Notes: generated by a model not told the origin, from the letters alone. 64,000 bases of DNA from an uncultured Gammaproteobacteria bacterium (GCA_964540825.1 CAZINT010000002.1:477-64476), one strand, 5' to 3'. Positions 1 through 9,766 are shown, counted from the first letter of the stretch. A program made the numbers and translations.

Positions 1-24
1 CAAGGTAGCTGGGCTCAATTAGAA

Positions 25-558
25 ATGGCGTTGACACTTGTTTTTCATAAAATTCTCAGCGAGGAATTTTTGGTGGTGCGTGCCAGTCAGTTTGATGACT
101 ACATGAATGGAGTCGATTATTTAATTATTGATCGTAAAACAGGCAATGTTGCTTGTTCGTTCGATGGTTTTAATAGTAAAGCTGGCGACCTGAAATACGC
201 TGAAAAGATGTACAAAACTATTGATAAAGCCAAAAAAGGTGGTGCAAAAGTAAAGTATGGTGTTTCTTTTGAGCAAAATCAGGGCGAACGAGAAATCGTG
301 CGTAAGCCCGTGGAGCATGTTGTTCCGTTTAACGTATCACTCAGCGATGATGAACTTCAAGAATTACTGACAGGCATGGAAACGAATATTAACGGTGCAG
401 TCACACCTGTTGAAAAAAGAGTCTTTGAAACTGTTATGAAGAGTTTGGAAGAGCAGCAAAAAATGTTGGCTAAAGAAGACTTGCCAGAAGATATGAGGAC
501 TGAACTTGACGCTTTCAAAATTTCATTTGAACGAATGCAGCGGCTTGGAAAAAAATAA
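25..558 (+). CDS. hypothetical protein (177 aa), first gene of a tightly coupled pair
   Basis: Complete ORF. A 4-nt gap separates it from the next ORF. No recognisable family. Confidence 0.5.
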   Translation: MALTLVFHKILSEEFLVVRASQFDDYMNGVDYLIIDRKTGNVACSFDGFNSKAGDLKYAEKMYKTIDKAKKGGAKVKYGVSFEQNQGEREIVRKPVEHVVPFNVSLSDDELQELLTGMETNINGAVTPVEKRVFETVMKSLEEQQKMLAKEDLPEDMRTELDAFKISFERMQRLGKK

Positions 559-561
559 TGT

Positions 562-1086
562 ATGCCTAAAAAGAAAATCACTGGTACCGATCGGTTTCAA
601 GGTACATATACTTATGAACTGGTTGAACCGGTCGGAAAACACTTTGATCCTGAATTTAAGCCGGAATTAACGCCGGCCGAAATGTTAAAATTAGGCGTTT
701 TTGGCGGCGCATATTTTATCGGCGTGGATGGACTTGTTCCTGACGATCTGCCGGCAAGTTGGTTCAAAGGCGTAAAACTCTCTAAGGATGGTAAAAAACA
801 CGCCAACCTTAATTTTTTTAATGTATCCGCCAGCCAGCCCCTCAGTGTCTGGCAGGCTAAGGGCTGGATCGCGCTCTGTGACCCGCACGGCTGGTTTCAG
901 TGGTATTGTCGGTATTATCTCGGCAGACGTATTCCGGGCGAAGATAGGCGGCAAATTGGACGTTGGAAAGCCATTACCCGACATATCGGGCAGATTAAGA
1001 AATATTGCAAAAAAGGTGATTTGTCGTGCCGTCCACGGCAACGCCAAGCGCTTCTGCACTGGGCATATGATAGCCGGAAAATGTAG
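562..1086 (+). CDS. hypothetical protein (174 aa) with a Trp/Tyr/Arg-rich C-terminal motif (GWFQWYCRYYLGRR...RQIGRWK)
   Basis: ORF directly follows 25..558. Ends at a bidirectional terminator hairpin. Family not recognised. Confidence 0.55.
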   Translation: MPKKKITGTDRFQGTYTYELVEPVGKHFDPEFKPELTPAEMLKLGVFGGAYFIGVDGLVPDDLPASWFKGVKLSKDGKKHANLNFFNVSASQPLSVWQAKGWIALCDPHGWFQWYCRYYLGRRIPGEDRRQIGRWKAITRHIGQIKKYCKKGDLSCRPRQRQALLHWAYDSRKM

Positions 1087-1092
1087 CAAAAA

Positions 1093-1125
1093 ATAATCCC
1101 GACCACGCGTCGGGATTATTTTAAG
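1093..1125. terminator. bidirectional rho-independent terminator (aatcccgac-gcgtg-gtcgggatt flanked by A/T runs)
   Basis: Perfect 9-bp inverted repeat with an A-run upstream and a T-run downstream. It lies between convergent ORFs. Confidence 0.6.
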
Positions 1126-1195
1126 GCACCCGAGTTCTGCCAGGCACGAGTGCTGTGCTGACGAACTCGGGGAAGTCATCGGGTGAAAGGAGGTC

Positions 1196-1768
1196 TTATG
1201 CGGCCAAGTGCTTTACAGCCTCAGCTGATGTTAGGGTGCTTTCAGCCTTCGTGAGCGCCGGATAGCGGTAGGTGTGTATAGCCACGGGGAGCACCGAGGA
1301 GCGCCTTGGTACCTGCTTGGCGTTGACTACGCGCAGGCCGAGCCCCTGCTTACGGACCCTGACACGCATCCAGCTTTTCGCGCTGATGCTGTAGAGGTAG
1401 CATTTCCACGATTTTCGGAGATGTCTCAGGCCGATCTCGTAGACGTAGCCGTCGAGAACGAGTCGTGGTTTTATTTGGGTATTCACAGCGACCTCCACGG
1501 TGATTTGAAAAAAATCTGGACGTGGTTCCTCGATGCTTACGAAAGCGCAAGGATCAGACATGTGGCGAAGAAGCCATTTTTTAAGCTCAGCGAGCTGGAG
1601 CACAGAGTGGGCATAATGCGCTGGCTGCCTTCCACGCTGAACAAGCAGCAAAGCCCTTCGACGAATTTTTTCTTTTTTGTCTACAGCCTCCGACCAGATA
1701 AGGTGGAGTATGCTCAGGTACAGGCTCAAGAAGAGCCCGACTTCGACAGACAAATGCCGTCGCGGCAT
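1196..1768 (-). CDS. hypothetical protein (190 aa) on a GC-rich (~57%) foreign cassette
   Basis: SD AGGAGG sits 6 nt before the ATG at 1768. A TTGACA..TATACA-like promoter lies upstream on the minus strand. The terminator at 1093-1125 follows. GC is well above flanking DNA. Confidence 0.55.
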   Translation of the reverse strand: MPRRHLSVEVGLFLSLYLSILHLIWSEAVDKKEKIRRRALLLVQRGRQPAHYAHSVLQLAELKKWLLRHMSDPCAFVSIEEPRPDFFQITVEVAVNTQIKPRLVLDGYVYEIGLRHLRKSWKCYLYSISAKSWMRVRVRKQGLGLRVVNAKQVPRRSSVLPVAIHTYRYPALTKAESTLTSAEAVKHLAA

Positions 1769-1840
1769 GGGGTCCTCCTCTAGGTAAAAAAGTCCTGTAA
1801 GTGGTGTATAACGAACCAGCTCTTCTGTCAATGTAGTTTA

Positions 1841-3073
1841 TTAATTAGCGGCATTTTCTCCTGCCGCGCGTCCGGTTGCCCAAGCAGCTTGCAAATTAAA
1901 TCCACCGGTAAATCCGTCAATGTTTAAAATTTCACCGGCAAAAAAGAGGTCGGGACAAAGTTTTGATTCCATTGTTTTGGGATTCACTTCGCCGAGGTCA
2001 ACTCCTCCTGCAGTGACAAATTCGTCACCGGCTCCGCGTACAATAGCATTGAGAACTGACTTTTTAAGCGCCAGGGCAGTTTTTTCCAATTCCAGTTTAC
2101 TAATTTCACCATTTGTTTTTTCACCAGGCAGTTTGTGTTCGTTACTAATAATTTCGGCCACCGATGCTGGCACGAAAAAATGCAGACTATTTTTAAAAAG
2201 TTTTTTTGGATGTTCGAGCGCTTTATTTTTGAGGAGTTCGCCAACTTCTTCGATGGAATGATCGGGAACAAAATCTATGGTAAGAGGCAGGGGATTGGTG
2301 GGTCCGAAATTTTCAAAGGCAGTGAGTGACGACAGTGCAAAAACAGCTGGGCCGGTAATGCCGCTATGGGTAAATAAAAAAGGTCCGGCAGCAGTTTCCG
2401 TTTTAGTGCGGCCGGCCGAAAGATGGGCGTATTTAATCGAAACGCCGGCTACTGTCTTTGGCCATTTTTCTTTGGTGATAAATGAATGCAAGCTGGGGCC
2501 GAGTGTCGTGATGGTGTGACTCAGGGATTCGGCGAGTGTATAGCCGTCGCCGGTTGAACCGGTATGGCGATAGGCTTGTCCGCCAAGTGATAAAATAACT
2601 TTTTGCACCTGGAGTGGTGGATTATTTTTACTCTGAATTATAAAACCTTTGGGGATTCTTTCAATTTTGGTTACTGCTTGATTAAGCAATACTTTGGTGT
2701 GGTGCTTGGTAAAAAGTGCTTCAAAAGCTTTTACGATGTCGGTACCGCGATTAGAAATCGGGAAGACGCGGTTATCAGCTTCGCATTTGAGGGGGACGCC
2801 ATGTGCTTCGAACCAGGCAATCACGGCTTCGGGCGGGAAATTGTTAAAAGCAGAAATAAGGAATTTATTACCGCGGGGGTATTTGGTGAGAATTTCTTTA
2901 AGGTCGGTAAGGCCGGTTGTCACGTTGCAGCGTCCGCCACCTGAGATAACGACTTTTTTACCGAGTGCGTCATTTTTTTCAAATACAAAAACCTCAGCTT
3001 TGGGGTTAGTTTCGTTGATTGTGGCTGCGGCCATAAGGCCGGCGGCGCCTCCACCGATAACGGCGATTTTCAT
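1841..3073 (-). CDS. NAD(P)/FAD-dependent oxidoreductase, HI0933/BaiN (aminoacetone oxidase-like) family
   Basis: N-terminal GGGAAG dinucleotide-binding motif. Full-length similarity pattern to the HI0933 flavoprotein family (…GGGRCN…). Confidence 0.85.
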   Translation of the reverse strand: MKIAVIGGGAAGLMAAATINETNPKAEVFVFEKNDALGKKVVISGGGRCNVTTGLTDLKEILTKYPRGNKFLISAFNNFPPEAVIAWFEAHGVPLKCEADNRVFPISNRGTDIVKAFEALFTKHHTKVLLNQAVTKIERIPKGFIIQSKNNPPLQVQKVILSLGGQAYRHTGSTGDGYTLAESLSHTITTLGPSLHSFITKEKWPKTVAGVSIKYAHLSAGRTKTETAAGPFLFTHSGITGPAVFALSSLTAFENFGPTNPLPLTIDFVPDHSIEEVGELLKNKALEHPKKLFKNSLHFFVPASVAEIISNEHKLPGEKTNGEISKLELEKTALALKKSVLNAIVRGAGDEFVTAGGVDLGEVNPKTMESKLCPDLFFAGEILNIDGFTGGFNLQAAWATGRAAGENAAN

Positions 3074-3204
3074 ACGTTTTTGTTTATTGGCTTAGTCTAC
3101 CTGAAAGGATGTGATTTGCCTAGCGGGCCACGAAGGAAGGATGGGCAAAAAATAAAAACACCCCCGGCTGGTGAAAAGCTGGAGGTGCTGATTCTGGGCT
3201 GTAT

Positions 3205-3645
3205 TTAGAGCATCATTCCGCGGTTCATCATGCGACGACCTTTGGCTCCTTTTTGAGCGGCCATGTTTTGAATAGACGTTAAGCGCTTATCAGCTTGGGC
3301 CTGCGTAATAATTCCTTGACTGACCAAACCTTGGAGCATAGTTTTTGTTTTGGCAAGTTGAGCTTCTTTTATACGTTGCTGTAACTGATCTTGCGTTATG
3401 CCTTTTTCTTGAGCCAGTTCTTGAAGTGATTTTCCATCAGCCCAAGCATTTTTAACTTCGTCTATGGTAATACCGAGTAAGTTGGCTTGTTCCTGAAATA
3501 GGTTTTGCTGCTGGGTAGCGATTTGTTCGGTTGTTAAATTGCTCATCGGTCCAAACATGCCATGTGCAGAGGCAGCAGTAGCGCCAAGGAGACCCAAGCC
3601 TAAAACTGCAGGAAGAAAAGCATAAGCGGCTAGTTTGTATTTCAT
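3205..3645 (-). CDS. secreted hypothetical protein (signal peptide MKYKLAAYAFLPAVLGLGLLGATAASA)
   Basis: Signal peptide followed by a Gln-rich low-complexity helix. The start was chosen at the Met preceding the signal peptide. Confidence 0.55.
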   Translation of the reverse strand: MKYKLAAYAFLPAVLGLGLLGATAASAHGMFGPMSNLTTEQIATQQQNLFQEQANLLGITIDEVKNAWADGKSLQELAQEKGITQDQLQQRIKEAQLAKTKTMLQGLVSQGIITQAQADKRLTSIQNMAAQKGAKGRRMMNRGMML

Positions 3646-3784
3646 AAGAAAAGATTTAAGAACAAAAAAATCAGGCAGTACAATACGCCGTTCCCACAAC
3701 TGTCTCGCGAGAGTTGAAGACTCTTCAATTGAAGGTAGGAGCGTATCTCTACTAAAGTATTACTCTAGTGCCTGATATTTTATT

Positions 3785-4486
3785 TCATTCTTCAACTTCC
3801 CGGATTCCGTATGCTTCGATAGTGTCAGCTGAGCGATTGCCAAACACGACTACGCTGTCTCCGAGATCAAAATCTGCTCCGTAGGGAAGCCGGGTGCGCG
3901 GAGTTATGAGCACCTTTATGACTTTGCTTCGGCGTGCTTGCATCTGAAATCCGTCTGGAAATATGCGAATAATTTGACCGTGATGAATGTCTTCGTAAGG
4001 CGATTCGCCAAAACGCTGATAGAGAATGTTTCCCATGGGCAATTTTCCGGCATCGGCATAGTCAGCTAGGTCGCGGTGAAGCGGTGTAGCCGCAACGATG
4101 TAGCCACCGCCGATAACCAGGACAATGATTCCGAATGTGGAGTAGAGAACGGGTCTGCGGTAGGCAAACGCTGTTCGCCGCACTAAAAATTCCAAGAGAA
4201 CAATAAAAATGCCGGCAAGCGCTGCAAGTATCCAAGGGAATGAAATAAGAAAAGCGTACCAGCCGCGCGCCCCGAAGTTCGGAACTGAAGAAATACCCGT
4301 TCGATCAAGCATGAAAATAATAAAGCTGGCGAGATAAAACAGTGTTAACAAAAGAACTGTTCCGCCAACTGAGAGGCAAACTGTTTGGAGTACAAAATGC
4401 CAGCGCGGTGTCATTTTGATATGGCCTTCTTTGATTGGGCCAAGAACCCGGTCTTGAAGTGATGGCTGTTGTGTATCAAGCGGCAT
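3785..4486 (-). CDS. membrane protein, putative anti-sigma factor or sigma-associated membrane protein
   Basis: Four to five TM helices. Overlaps by 11 nt the upstream ECF sigma factor gene, which indicates translational coupling. Confidence 0.55.
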   Translation of the reverse strand: MPLDTQQPSLQDRVLGPIKEGHIKMTPRWHFVLQTVCLSVGGTVLLLTLFYLASFIIFMLDRTGISSVPNFGARGWYAFLISFPWILAALAGIFIVLLEFLVRRTAFAYRRPVLYSTFGIIVLVIGGGYIVAATPLHRDLADYADAGKLPMGNILYQRFGESPYEDIHHGQIIRIFPDGFQMQARRSKVIKVLITPRTRLPYGADFDLGDSVVVFGNRSADTIEAYGIREVEE

Positions 4487-5051
4487 ACAGCGTGTCTGAT
4501 TGTTGAACCAATTTTTTTAAAGCGGCTTTAGCGCGTCCGAGGCGTACCCCTACCGTCGACGTCGGGAGGTGTAATATTTCACCAATTTCTTTATAATCAA
4601 GTTCTTCGAGATAGTATAGAATTAATGGTTCGCGATATTTAGGCGATAATTCGTTAAGATGCTTTTCAATTAAACTTTTGTCTTCACCGCGAATAAATTC
4701 ATCCTGGGTGCTCGGAAGCGGTTTGGTGGGCAGTTGTACTAAAATATCAAAATCAAAAAAGGACAACGGTTCCCTTCCCTTTTTCTTAATAACGTTAATA
4801 AAGGTATTGTGGGCAACGCGATACAGCCAGGTAGAAAATTTTCTTGATACCGTAAAGCTCTGAATATTTTTGTATGCTTTGATAAAGACCTCCTGTACGG
4901 CGTCTTCAAGGTCCTCGTAGCTATATAAAAATCGTTGTCCGTACCGAAGAATTTTTCTCTCATACCTTCCAAAAAGAATGGTAAAAGCATCGCGGTCGCC
5001 AGCTTGCAGCTTGGCGGCCAATTCCTCGTCGCTCAGGGCTACTGTATCCAT
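4476..5051 (-). CDS. RNA polymerase sigma-70 factor, ECF subfamily
   Basis: Conserved region 2 (AFTILFGRYERKILRYGQRFL…) and region 4 (YKEIGEILHLPTSTVGVRLGRAKAALKK) are present. Confidence 0.85.
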   Translation of the reverse strand: MDTVALSDEELAAKLQAGDRDAFTILFGRYERKILRYGQRFLYSYEDLEDAVQEVFIKAYKNIQSFTVSRKFSTWLYRVAHNTFINVIKKKGREPLSFFDFDILVQLPTKPLPSTQDEFIRGEDKSLIEKHLNELSPKYREPLILYYLEELDYKEIGEILHLPTSTVGVRLGRAKAALKKLVQQSDTLYAA

Positions 5052-5116
5052 AAAAACAGGGGATTGAACCTCTCCTTATATCTCTACTACACCCATAGGC
5101 CTTTTTTATTTCACCC

Positions 5117-5356
5117 TTACTTTTTTTCTACGATAATAGTGCATTTGGTAACGAGGGCGGCAACTGCACCAATAGCTGCGAGGGCAGGAGCAAGCAGCGC
5201 GCCGACAGCCCCAAGGGTGAGCGGTACTTCAAGGAGGGTCACACCAGTTTCATTTTTAATAATGATCCGGCGAGCGTTGCCTTCTTTAATCAGTTCTTTT
5301 ACTTTGGTAATTATTTCTTCACCGTTTAGTTTAAATTCTTCTTGATTATTTTCCAT
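5117..5356 (-). CDS. DUF4342 family small protein
   Basis: 79 aa with a charged N-terminus and a Gly/Ala-rich hydrophobic C-terminus typical of DUF4342. Confidence 0.55.
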   Translation of the reverse strand: MENNQEEFKLNGEEIITKVKELIKEGNARRIIIKNETGVTLLEVPLTLGAVGALLAPALAAIGAVAALVTKCTIIVEKK

Positions 5357-5367
5357 ACAGTGAATTA

Positions 5368-5859
5368 TTAAAAGGTTACGGGTAAGCGATATTCACCGTC
5401 GTTTTCAGGTAAACCGGAAGGATTATCTTTCTTAAAAATAATATAACCTTTTTTTACTTCAGGTCGGGCAGTAAAAGTCAGGCTAGCCTTAAAAGGTACC
5501 GTGTTGGTGGTCATCCAGTTTCCAATTGCTTCCGCGTGTGATTCGGCTACGAGATGTCCGTCTCGGTCCACAAGCGTGATTGGAAAACTGCCTTCAAAAA
5601 ACCACGTGCCTGGTGCGTCACCTTCAATAGTTAGCGGGCTGGTGATGACTGCGCTTTCCTCGGGTGTCGTAATGTGAATTTGATTTTGTTGAGTCTGAGG
5701 AGTGCTGGCAGGGGTAGAGGGTGGTGCCGTCATGTTTTGTTGCGGCATCGGGGTAGTTTTATTAAAACCGGCATAGACAAGAACGCTGTACGTAATTAGG
5801 GCACCCAAAGCAAAACTGAGTAGGGCTATAGAAATATTTTTGTGATTTTGAGTGTTCAT
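5368..5859 (-). CDS. Gmad2 immunoglobulin-like domain protein (secreted or membrane-anchored)
   Basis: N-terminal TM/signal segment, a Pro/Thr/Gln linker, then a C-terminal Gmad2-like Ig domain (TIEGDAPGTWFFEGSFPITLVDRDGHLVA). Confidence 0.6.
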   Translation of the reverse strand: MNTQNHKNISIALLSFALGALITYSVLVYAGFNKTTPMPQQNMTAPPSTPASTPQTQQNQIHITTPEESAVITSPLTIEGDAPGTWFFEGSFPITLVDRDGHLVAESHAEAIGNWMTTNTVPFKASLTFTARPEVKKGYIIFKKDNPSGLPENDGEYRLPVTF

Positions 5860-5868
5860 AGAAAATAA

Positions 5869-6405
5869 TTAACCCTGAATAGAAACTTTGGCAGCCCCGC
5901 CGCCGTCGCAGGTAATAAAGTAGTCGCCGGCAGTTTTTACATTTACAAGTGCAAAATCATACGCTTTAAGTTCGTAAGTATTTTTACCAATACCAAAAAT
6001 GTGGGTTTTGTTGTCGCGGTTATCGAGCATGAAATTAGTCCCTTTTTTGATGCTAAGAACACCCGGGTTGCCGGCGCAGGCGACAAACTGAAAACGTTTA
6101 CCAGCGTTATCATTAAGCGCGGCGGTGTAGCTTTGTGTGGGTACCGCAGTATTTTTTGGCTTCATAGTACCTGCCGGGGGAGTGAGCTCAACAATACCGG
6201 GGATAACAATTGCCGAAATAGCGAGTTCATCAGTGCCGGTATAGGTTGTGGTTACAATATCGTAGTCCTGAATGGTCGTGGTTGGAGTTGCTGGGTTAGC
6301 GTCCTTAGGAATTATATTCTGATTTGGCGTAGTACCTGTACTGCAGCCAGAGAGAAGCAATAGTGAAAGTGCTCCGAGCGCTGCAAATGAAGAAATTTTT
6401 TTCAT
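5869..6405 (-). CDS. lipoprotein, hypothetical
   Basis: Signal peptide with an LSGC lipobox. Confidence 0.6.
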   Translation of the reverse strand: MKKISSFAALGALSLLLLSGCSTGTTPNQNIIPKDANPATPTTTIQDYDIVTTTYTGTDELAISAIVIPGIVELTPPAGTMKPKNTAVPTQSYTAALNDNAGKRFQFVACAGNPGVLSIKKGTNFMLDNRDNKTHIFGIGKNTYELKAYDFALVNVKTAGDYFITCDGGGAAKVSIQG

Positions 6406-6471
6406 AGTTTTTTAGAAAAATAAAGAGTGGTTTCAAAATGCTGTTGCTTATAAAGCAAAAAGACCTGTTAT

Positions 6472-7728
6472 TTATTCGTACCGCAATGCTTCGATCGGGT
6501 CAAGCTTGGCCGCGCTGCGGGCGGGGAGCACGCCAAAACCAATACCGATAGCGGCTGAGACGCCAAAGCCAATGCCAATAGCATAGGGGGGCACTACAAA
6601 CGTCCAGGCGAGTCCGCCGGCAGAAGCAGCGAGTGAAACAACCCACCCGAGGAGTGCGCCTAAAGCAATGCCAAAAACTCCGCCTAAAATAGTAACGAGC
6701 ACTGATTCAATGAGAAATTCACTCAAAATGTTGTTGTACGTTGCGCCTAAAGCTTTTTTGAGGCCAATTTCGCTCGTGCGTTCGGTAACGACCACATACA
6801 TAATGTTCATGATGCCAACGCCCCCAACCACCAGCGATATTGCCGCAATTGCAATAAGGAGCAGAGTAATACCGTTAAAAATAGTATTAAAACTTTCGAG
6901 TGATTGAGCCTGGGTCTGCACCAAAAAATCTTCTTTAGTTACGTCGGTGATGTTGTGGCTCCGGCGCAATGTAGTGCGAATTTGGGCGACTGTGGCGTCC
7001 CCTTGAGAAATGTCTTTAACCTGAATAACACCAATGGTGATGTGGTCAACGCCTAACATTTTTTTCTGGGCAGTAATTAAGGGAACGTACAAACTATCAT
7101 CAGCTTGCCCGCCAAAACTTCCTTGGGAATTATAGACGCCAATGACTTGAAAATTAAGATTGCCCACCCGAATAAGTTTGCCGATCGGTTCGTCTTGGTT
7201 AAATAAATTATCAGCGAGTGAACTGCCGAGGATGACAACTTGTGCTCCGCCGCTATCTTCAGCCGGGGTGTAGAAGCGACCAGAACGAAGCGTGTGCTGG
7301 TCAATGCTAAAACGTTCGGCCGACGAACCGTAGTAAATAACATTTTTTTGTGTATCCCGGTAACTTACAACCGCCTGACCGGTAATCATGCCGTAACTGT
7401 TCACGACATTTGGGAGTTTGTTAATTTCATCAAGATCGCGCTGTTTTAGGGTGGTAATAACTATACCATTAAAACTTCCGGTGCCGTCGTCTGAGCCGGC
7501 GGAAGCAGCTGCTCGTGTTTTGGTAGTGGGCGGGACACGTGTTTGGACAAAGAGTGTATTGGTGCCGAGCGCGCCAACTTGCGCGTCAATTAAGCTTCTA
7601 AATCCGGCACCGGCCGAAAGCACCATAATCACCGTGGCAATACCAATAATAATGCCCAGCGTCGTTAGCATTGTTCGGCCTTTGTTTGCCAAAAGCGCAC
7701 GCAAAGATTGTTTAAAAGCTGCAAACAT
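6472..7728 (-). CDS. ABC transporter permease, MacB/FtsX-like (permease 2 of a tandem pair)
   Basis: N-terminal TM segment, a large periplasmic domain, and a C-terminal FtsX-type 3-TM bundle ending …LDPIEALRYE. Confidence 0.85.
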   Translation of the reverse strand: MFAAFKQSLRALLANKGRTMLTTLGIIIGIATVIMVLSAGAGFRSLIDAQVGALGTNTLFVQTRVPPTTKTRAAASAGSDDGTGSFNGIVITTLKQRDLDEINKLPNVVNSYGMITGQAVVSYRDTQKNVIYYGSSAERFSIDQHTLRSGRFYTPAEDSGGAQVVILGSSLADNLFNQDEPIGKLIRVGNLNFQVIGVYNSQGSFGGQADDSLYVPLITAQKKMLGVDHITIGVIQVKDISQGDATVAQIRTTLRRSHNITDVTKEDFLVQTQAQSLESFNTIFNGITLLLIAIAAISLVVGGVGIMNIMYVVVTERTSEIGLKKALGATYNNILSEFLIESVLVTILGGVFGIALGALLGWVVSLAASAGGLAWTFVVPPYAIGIGFGVSAAIGIGFGVLPARSAAKLDPIEALRYE

Positions 7729-7731
7729 ATT

Positions 7732-9033
7732 TTATTCGTAACGCAAGGCGTCAATTGGGTTCAGTTTTGAGGCCTTAAACGCTGGATAGAGTCCAAATAC
7801 AACCCCGGTAATAACCGAAACGCCTACAGCGAGTACGACCGAGGTAATTGAAATAACAAAATCCCATTCATAGCCCAGCTTGTGCATGAGGAGGGAAGCC
7901 AGATACGAAATAACCGATCCGAAAATGATACCAATAATACCGCCAAGTGACGTAAGCGTGCCTGCTTCGAGTAAAAATTGGTTGCGAACAGCGGCCGGAG
8001 TCGCCCCAATGGCTTTACGTAGTCCGATTTCACGCGTGCGTTCGGCGACGGTAGCAAGCATGATATTAAGGATGCCAATACCGCCTACAACCAGTGCAAT
8101 GCCAGCCATGGCAACAAGAAAGATACGGAGCGCGTTAGTGATCTGAGTGAGTGCTCCGACCGCGTCAGCAATATTTCGTACCGTAAAATCAACGTCAGCA
8201 TCGTTTTTAATGCGATGACGAGTGCGCAGTGTCGTGTCTACATCGCGAATAGTTTGGTCGACATTTTGGTCACTATCAACTTTAATGTTGATCGTTTGCA
8301 AATAATGAATACCTAAAATTTGCTGCTGCCCAAGCGCGAGCGGAATAAAAATCTGATCATCCTGGTCTTGAAAAAAAGAACTTCCTCGTGGGCTAATAAC
8401 TCCAACAACTCGCAGTGGAACACCGCCGCTCGTGGGTGAAGTTGACCGTTTAACTTTGATTATCTGTCCGATGGGATCAACACCGTTAGCAGTAAAGAGT
8501 TCGTCGGCCACAGTTGAGCCAAGGACGACGACATTGGCGCCGCCCGATTCTTCTTGTTCGCTAAAAAACTGACCTTTCTGCATGTTAAAGCTGACAACAT
8601 TCGCGTATTCATGATCGGTTCCGATGAAATTAGTGTCAATTGTTTTATTTTCCCACGTTACCGTAGCACTTCCGCGGACGACTGCGTTAACGGCGCTGGC
8701 GTGCGGGACTGCGCCAGGGTCGCGCAGGGCAGCGACGTCCTCGTTAACAAGGGTGGTTATGACGATACCAAATACCTGGGCAGGCGGGCCTTTTTCGTTG
8801 CTTTTTCCTGGTTGAACGCTGAGCAGATTTGAACCGAGTTTGGTGACCTGGCCAAGCACCAAACTTTGCGCTCCGGCACCAAGTGAAATAATGATAATAA
8901 CCCCAGCAACCCCAATAACAATCCCGAGGATTGTCAGTACAGATCGGCCTTTACGTGCCCTAAGGCCGCGAAAAACCATTTTAATGGTTGAGAAGAAATT
9001 CATGTGAGTTGTAAGTACTGCCAACCCTGTCAA
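7732..9033 (-). CDS. ABC transporter permease, MacB/FtsX-like (permease 1)
   Basis: Same architecture and the same C-terminal LNPIDALRYE motif as 6472..7728, so the two are paralogous. Confidence 0.85.
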   Translation of the reverse strand: MTGLAVLTTHMNFFSTIKMVFRGLRARKGRSVLTILGIVIGVAGVIIIISLGAGAQSLVLGQVTKLGSNLLSVQPGKSNEKGPPAQVFGIVITTLVNEDVAALRDPGAVPHASAVNAVVRGSATVTWENKTIDTNFIGTDHEYANVVSFNMQKGQFFSEQEESGGANVVVLGSTVADELFTANGVDPIGQIIKVKRSTSPTSGGVPLRVVGVISPRGSSFFQDQDDQIFIPLALGQQQILGIHYLQTINIKVDSDQNVDQTIRDVDTTLRTRHRIKNDADVDFTVRNIADAVGALTQITNALRIFLVAMAGIALVVGGIGILNIMLATVAERTREIGLRKAIGATPAAVRNQFLLEAGTLTSLGGIIGIIFGSVISYLASLLMHKLGYEWDFVISITSVVLAVGVSVITGVVFGLYPAFKASKLNPIDALRYE

Positions 9034-9047
9034 AGATTGGCAAAGCG

Positions 9048-9764
9048 TTATTTGACTAACTCCTTTTCAGCGCTGGCAAAGACGCGATCAGCTACTTTTT
9101 CGTCAGACAAAATTAAACCGTCTTTAACGCGAATAATGCGACTGGCATGACGAGCAGTCTCTTGTTCATGTGTAACCAGAATAATTGTGCGGCCTTCGTC
9201 ATTGAGCTTTTGGAGGATGCTCATGACAATGTTACCTGATTTTGAATCAAGGTTTCCGGTTGGTTCGTCGGCAAAAATAACTGCCGGATTGCAGACTAAT
9301 GCGCGAGCAATAGCAACGCGTTGTTTTTCACCGCCGGAAATTTGGTTGGTAAAATAATTAAGGCGATGTCCAAGACCAACCGACTCAAGCGCGGCTTTCG
9401 CGAGCGAGTCTTGGTTTTTTTTCTTGCTATAGATGAGCGGAAGTTTTACGTTATCGAGTACGCTGGTGCGAGCAAGTAAGTTAAACGATTGGAATACAAA
9501 GCCGATGCGTTCATTGCGGAGTCCGGCTAAGTAGTTGTCGTCAAATCCTTCGGTGTTTTTACCTTCGAATTCGTAGACGCCGCCGGTCGGTCGATCAAGA
9601 AAGCTCAAAATATGCATGAGGGTTGATTTACCGCTGCCGCTTGGCCCCATGATGGCTACGAATTCACCTTGTTCAATTTTAAAGCTGACACCCTTAAGTA
9701 CCGATGTCGAGACTCCATCATTTTCGTAGTCTTTTGTAATATTTTGAACATCGATAAGACTCAT
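9048..9764 (-). CDS. ABC transporter ATP-binding protein (MacB/LolD-type ATPase)
   Basis: Walker [13 protein letters not shown] signature LSGGEKQR, Walker B ILVTHE. Confidence 0.9.
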   Translation of the reverse strand: MSLIDVQNITKDYENDGVSTSVLKGVSFKIEQGEFVAIMGPSGSGKSTLMHILSFLDRPTGGVYEFEGKNTEGFDDNYLAGLRNERIGFVFQSFNLLARTSVLDNVKLPLIYSKKKNQDSLAKAALESVGLGHRLNYFTNQISGGEKQRVAIARALVCNPAVIFADEPTGNLDSKSGNIVMSILQKLNDEGRTIILVTHEQETARHASRIIRVKDGLILSDEKVADRVFASAEKELVK

Positions 9765-9766
9765 AC

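Noticed and set aside
121-1106. Numerous 60-160 aa ORFs antisense to or overlapping annotated genes throughout the track (e.g. 121..318, 357..581, 612..806, 691..1179)
   Set aside because: They sit inside better-supported genes on the other strand or in other frames, and they lack start signals. Treated as non-coding shadows.
1140-1190. Hairpin cccgagttc…gaactcggg resembling a group II intron domain V
   Set aside because: Lacks the AGC catalytic triad, bulge geometry and GNRA loop. No RT or maturase motifs are present in the adjacent ORF.
1274-1783. 169-aa plus-strand ORF overlapping the GC-rich cassette
   Set aside because: No SD or promoter on the plus strand. The minus-strand ORF has AGGAGG-N6-ATG and a TTGACA element. 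The plus-strand ORF is retained only as an alternative.
3120-3204. Possible terminator after the secreted-protein gene 3205-3645
   Set aside because: Only a 4-bp stem (cacc/ggtg) before the T-run. Too weak to annotate.
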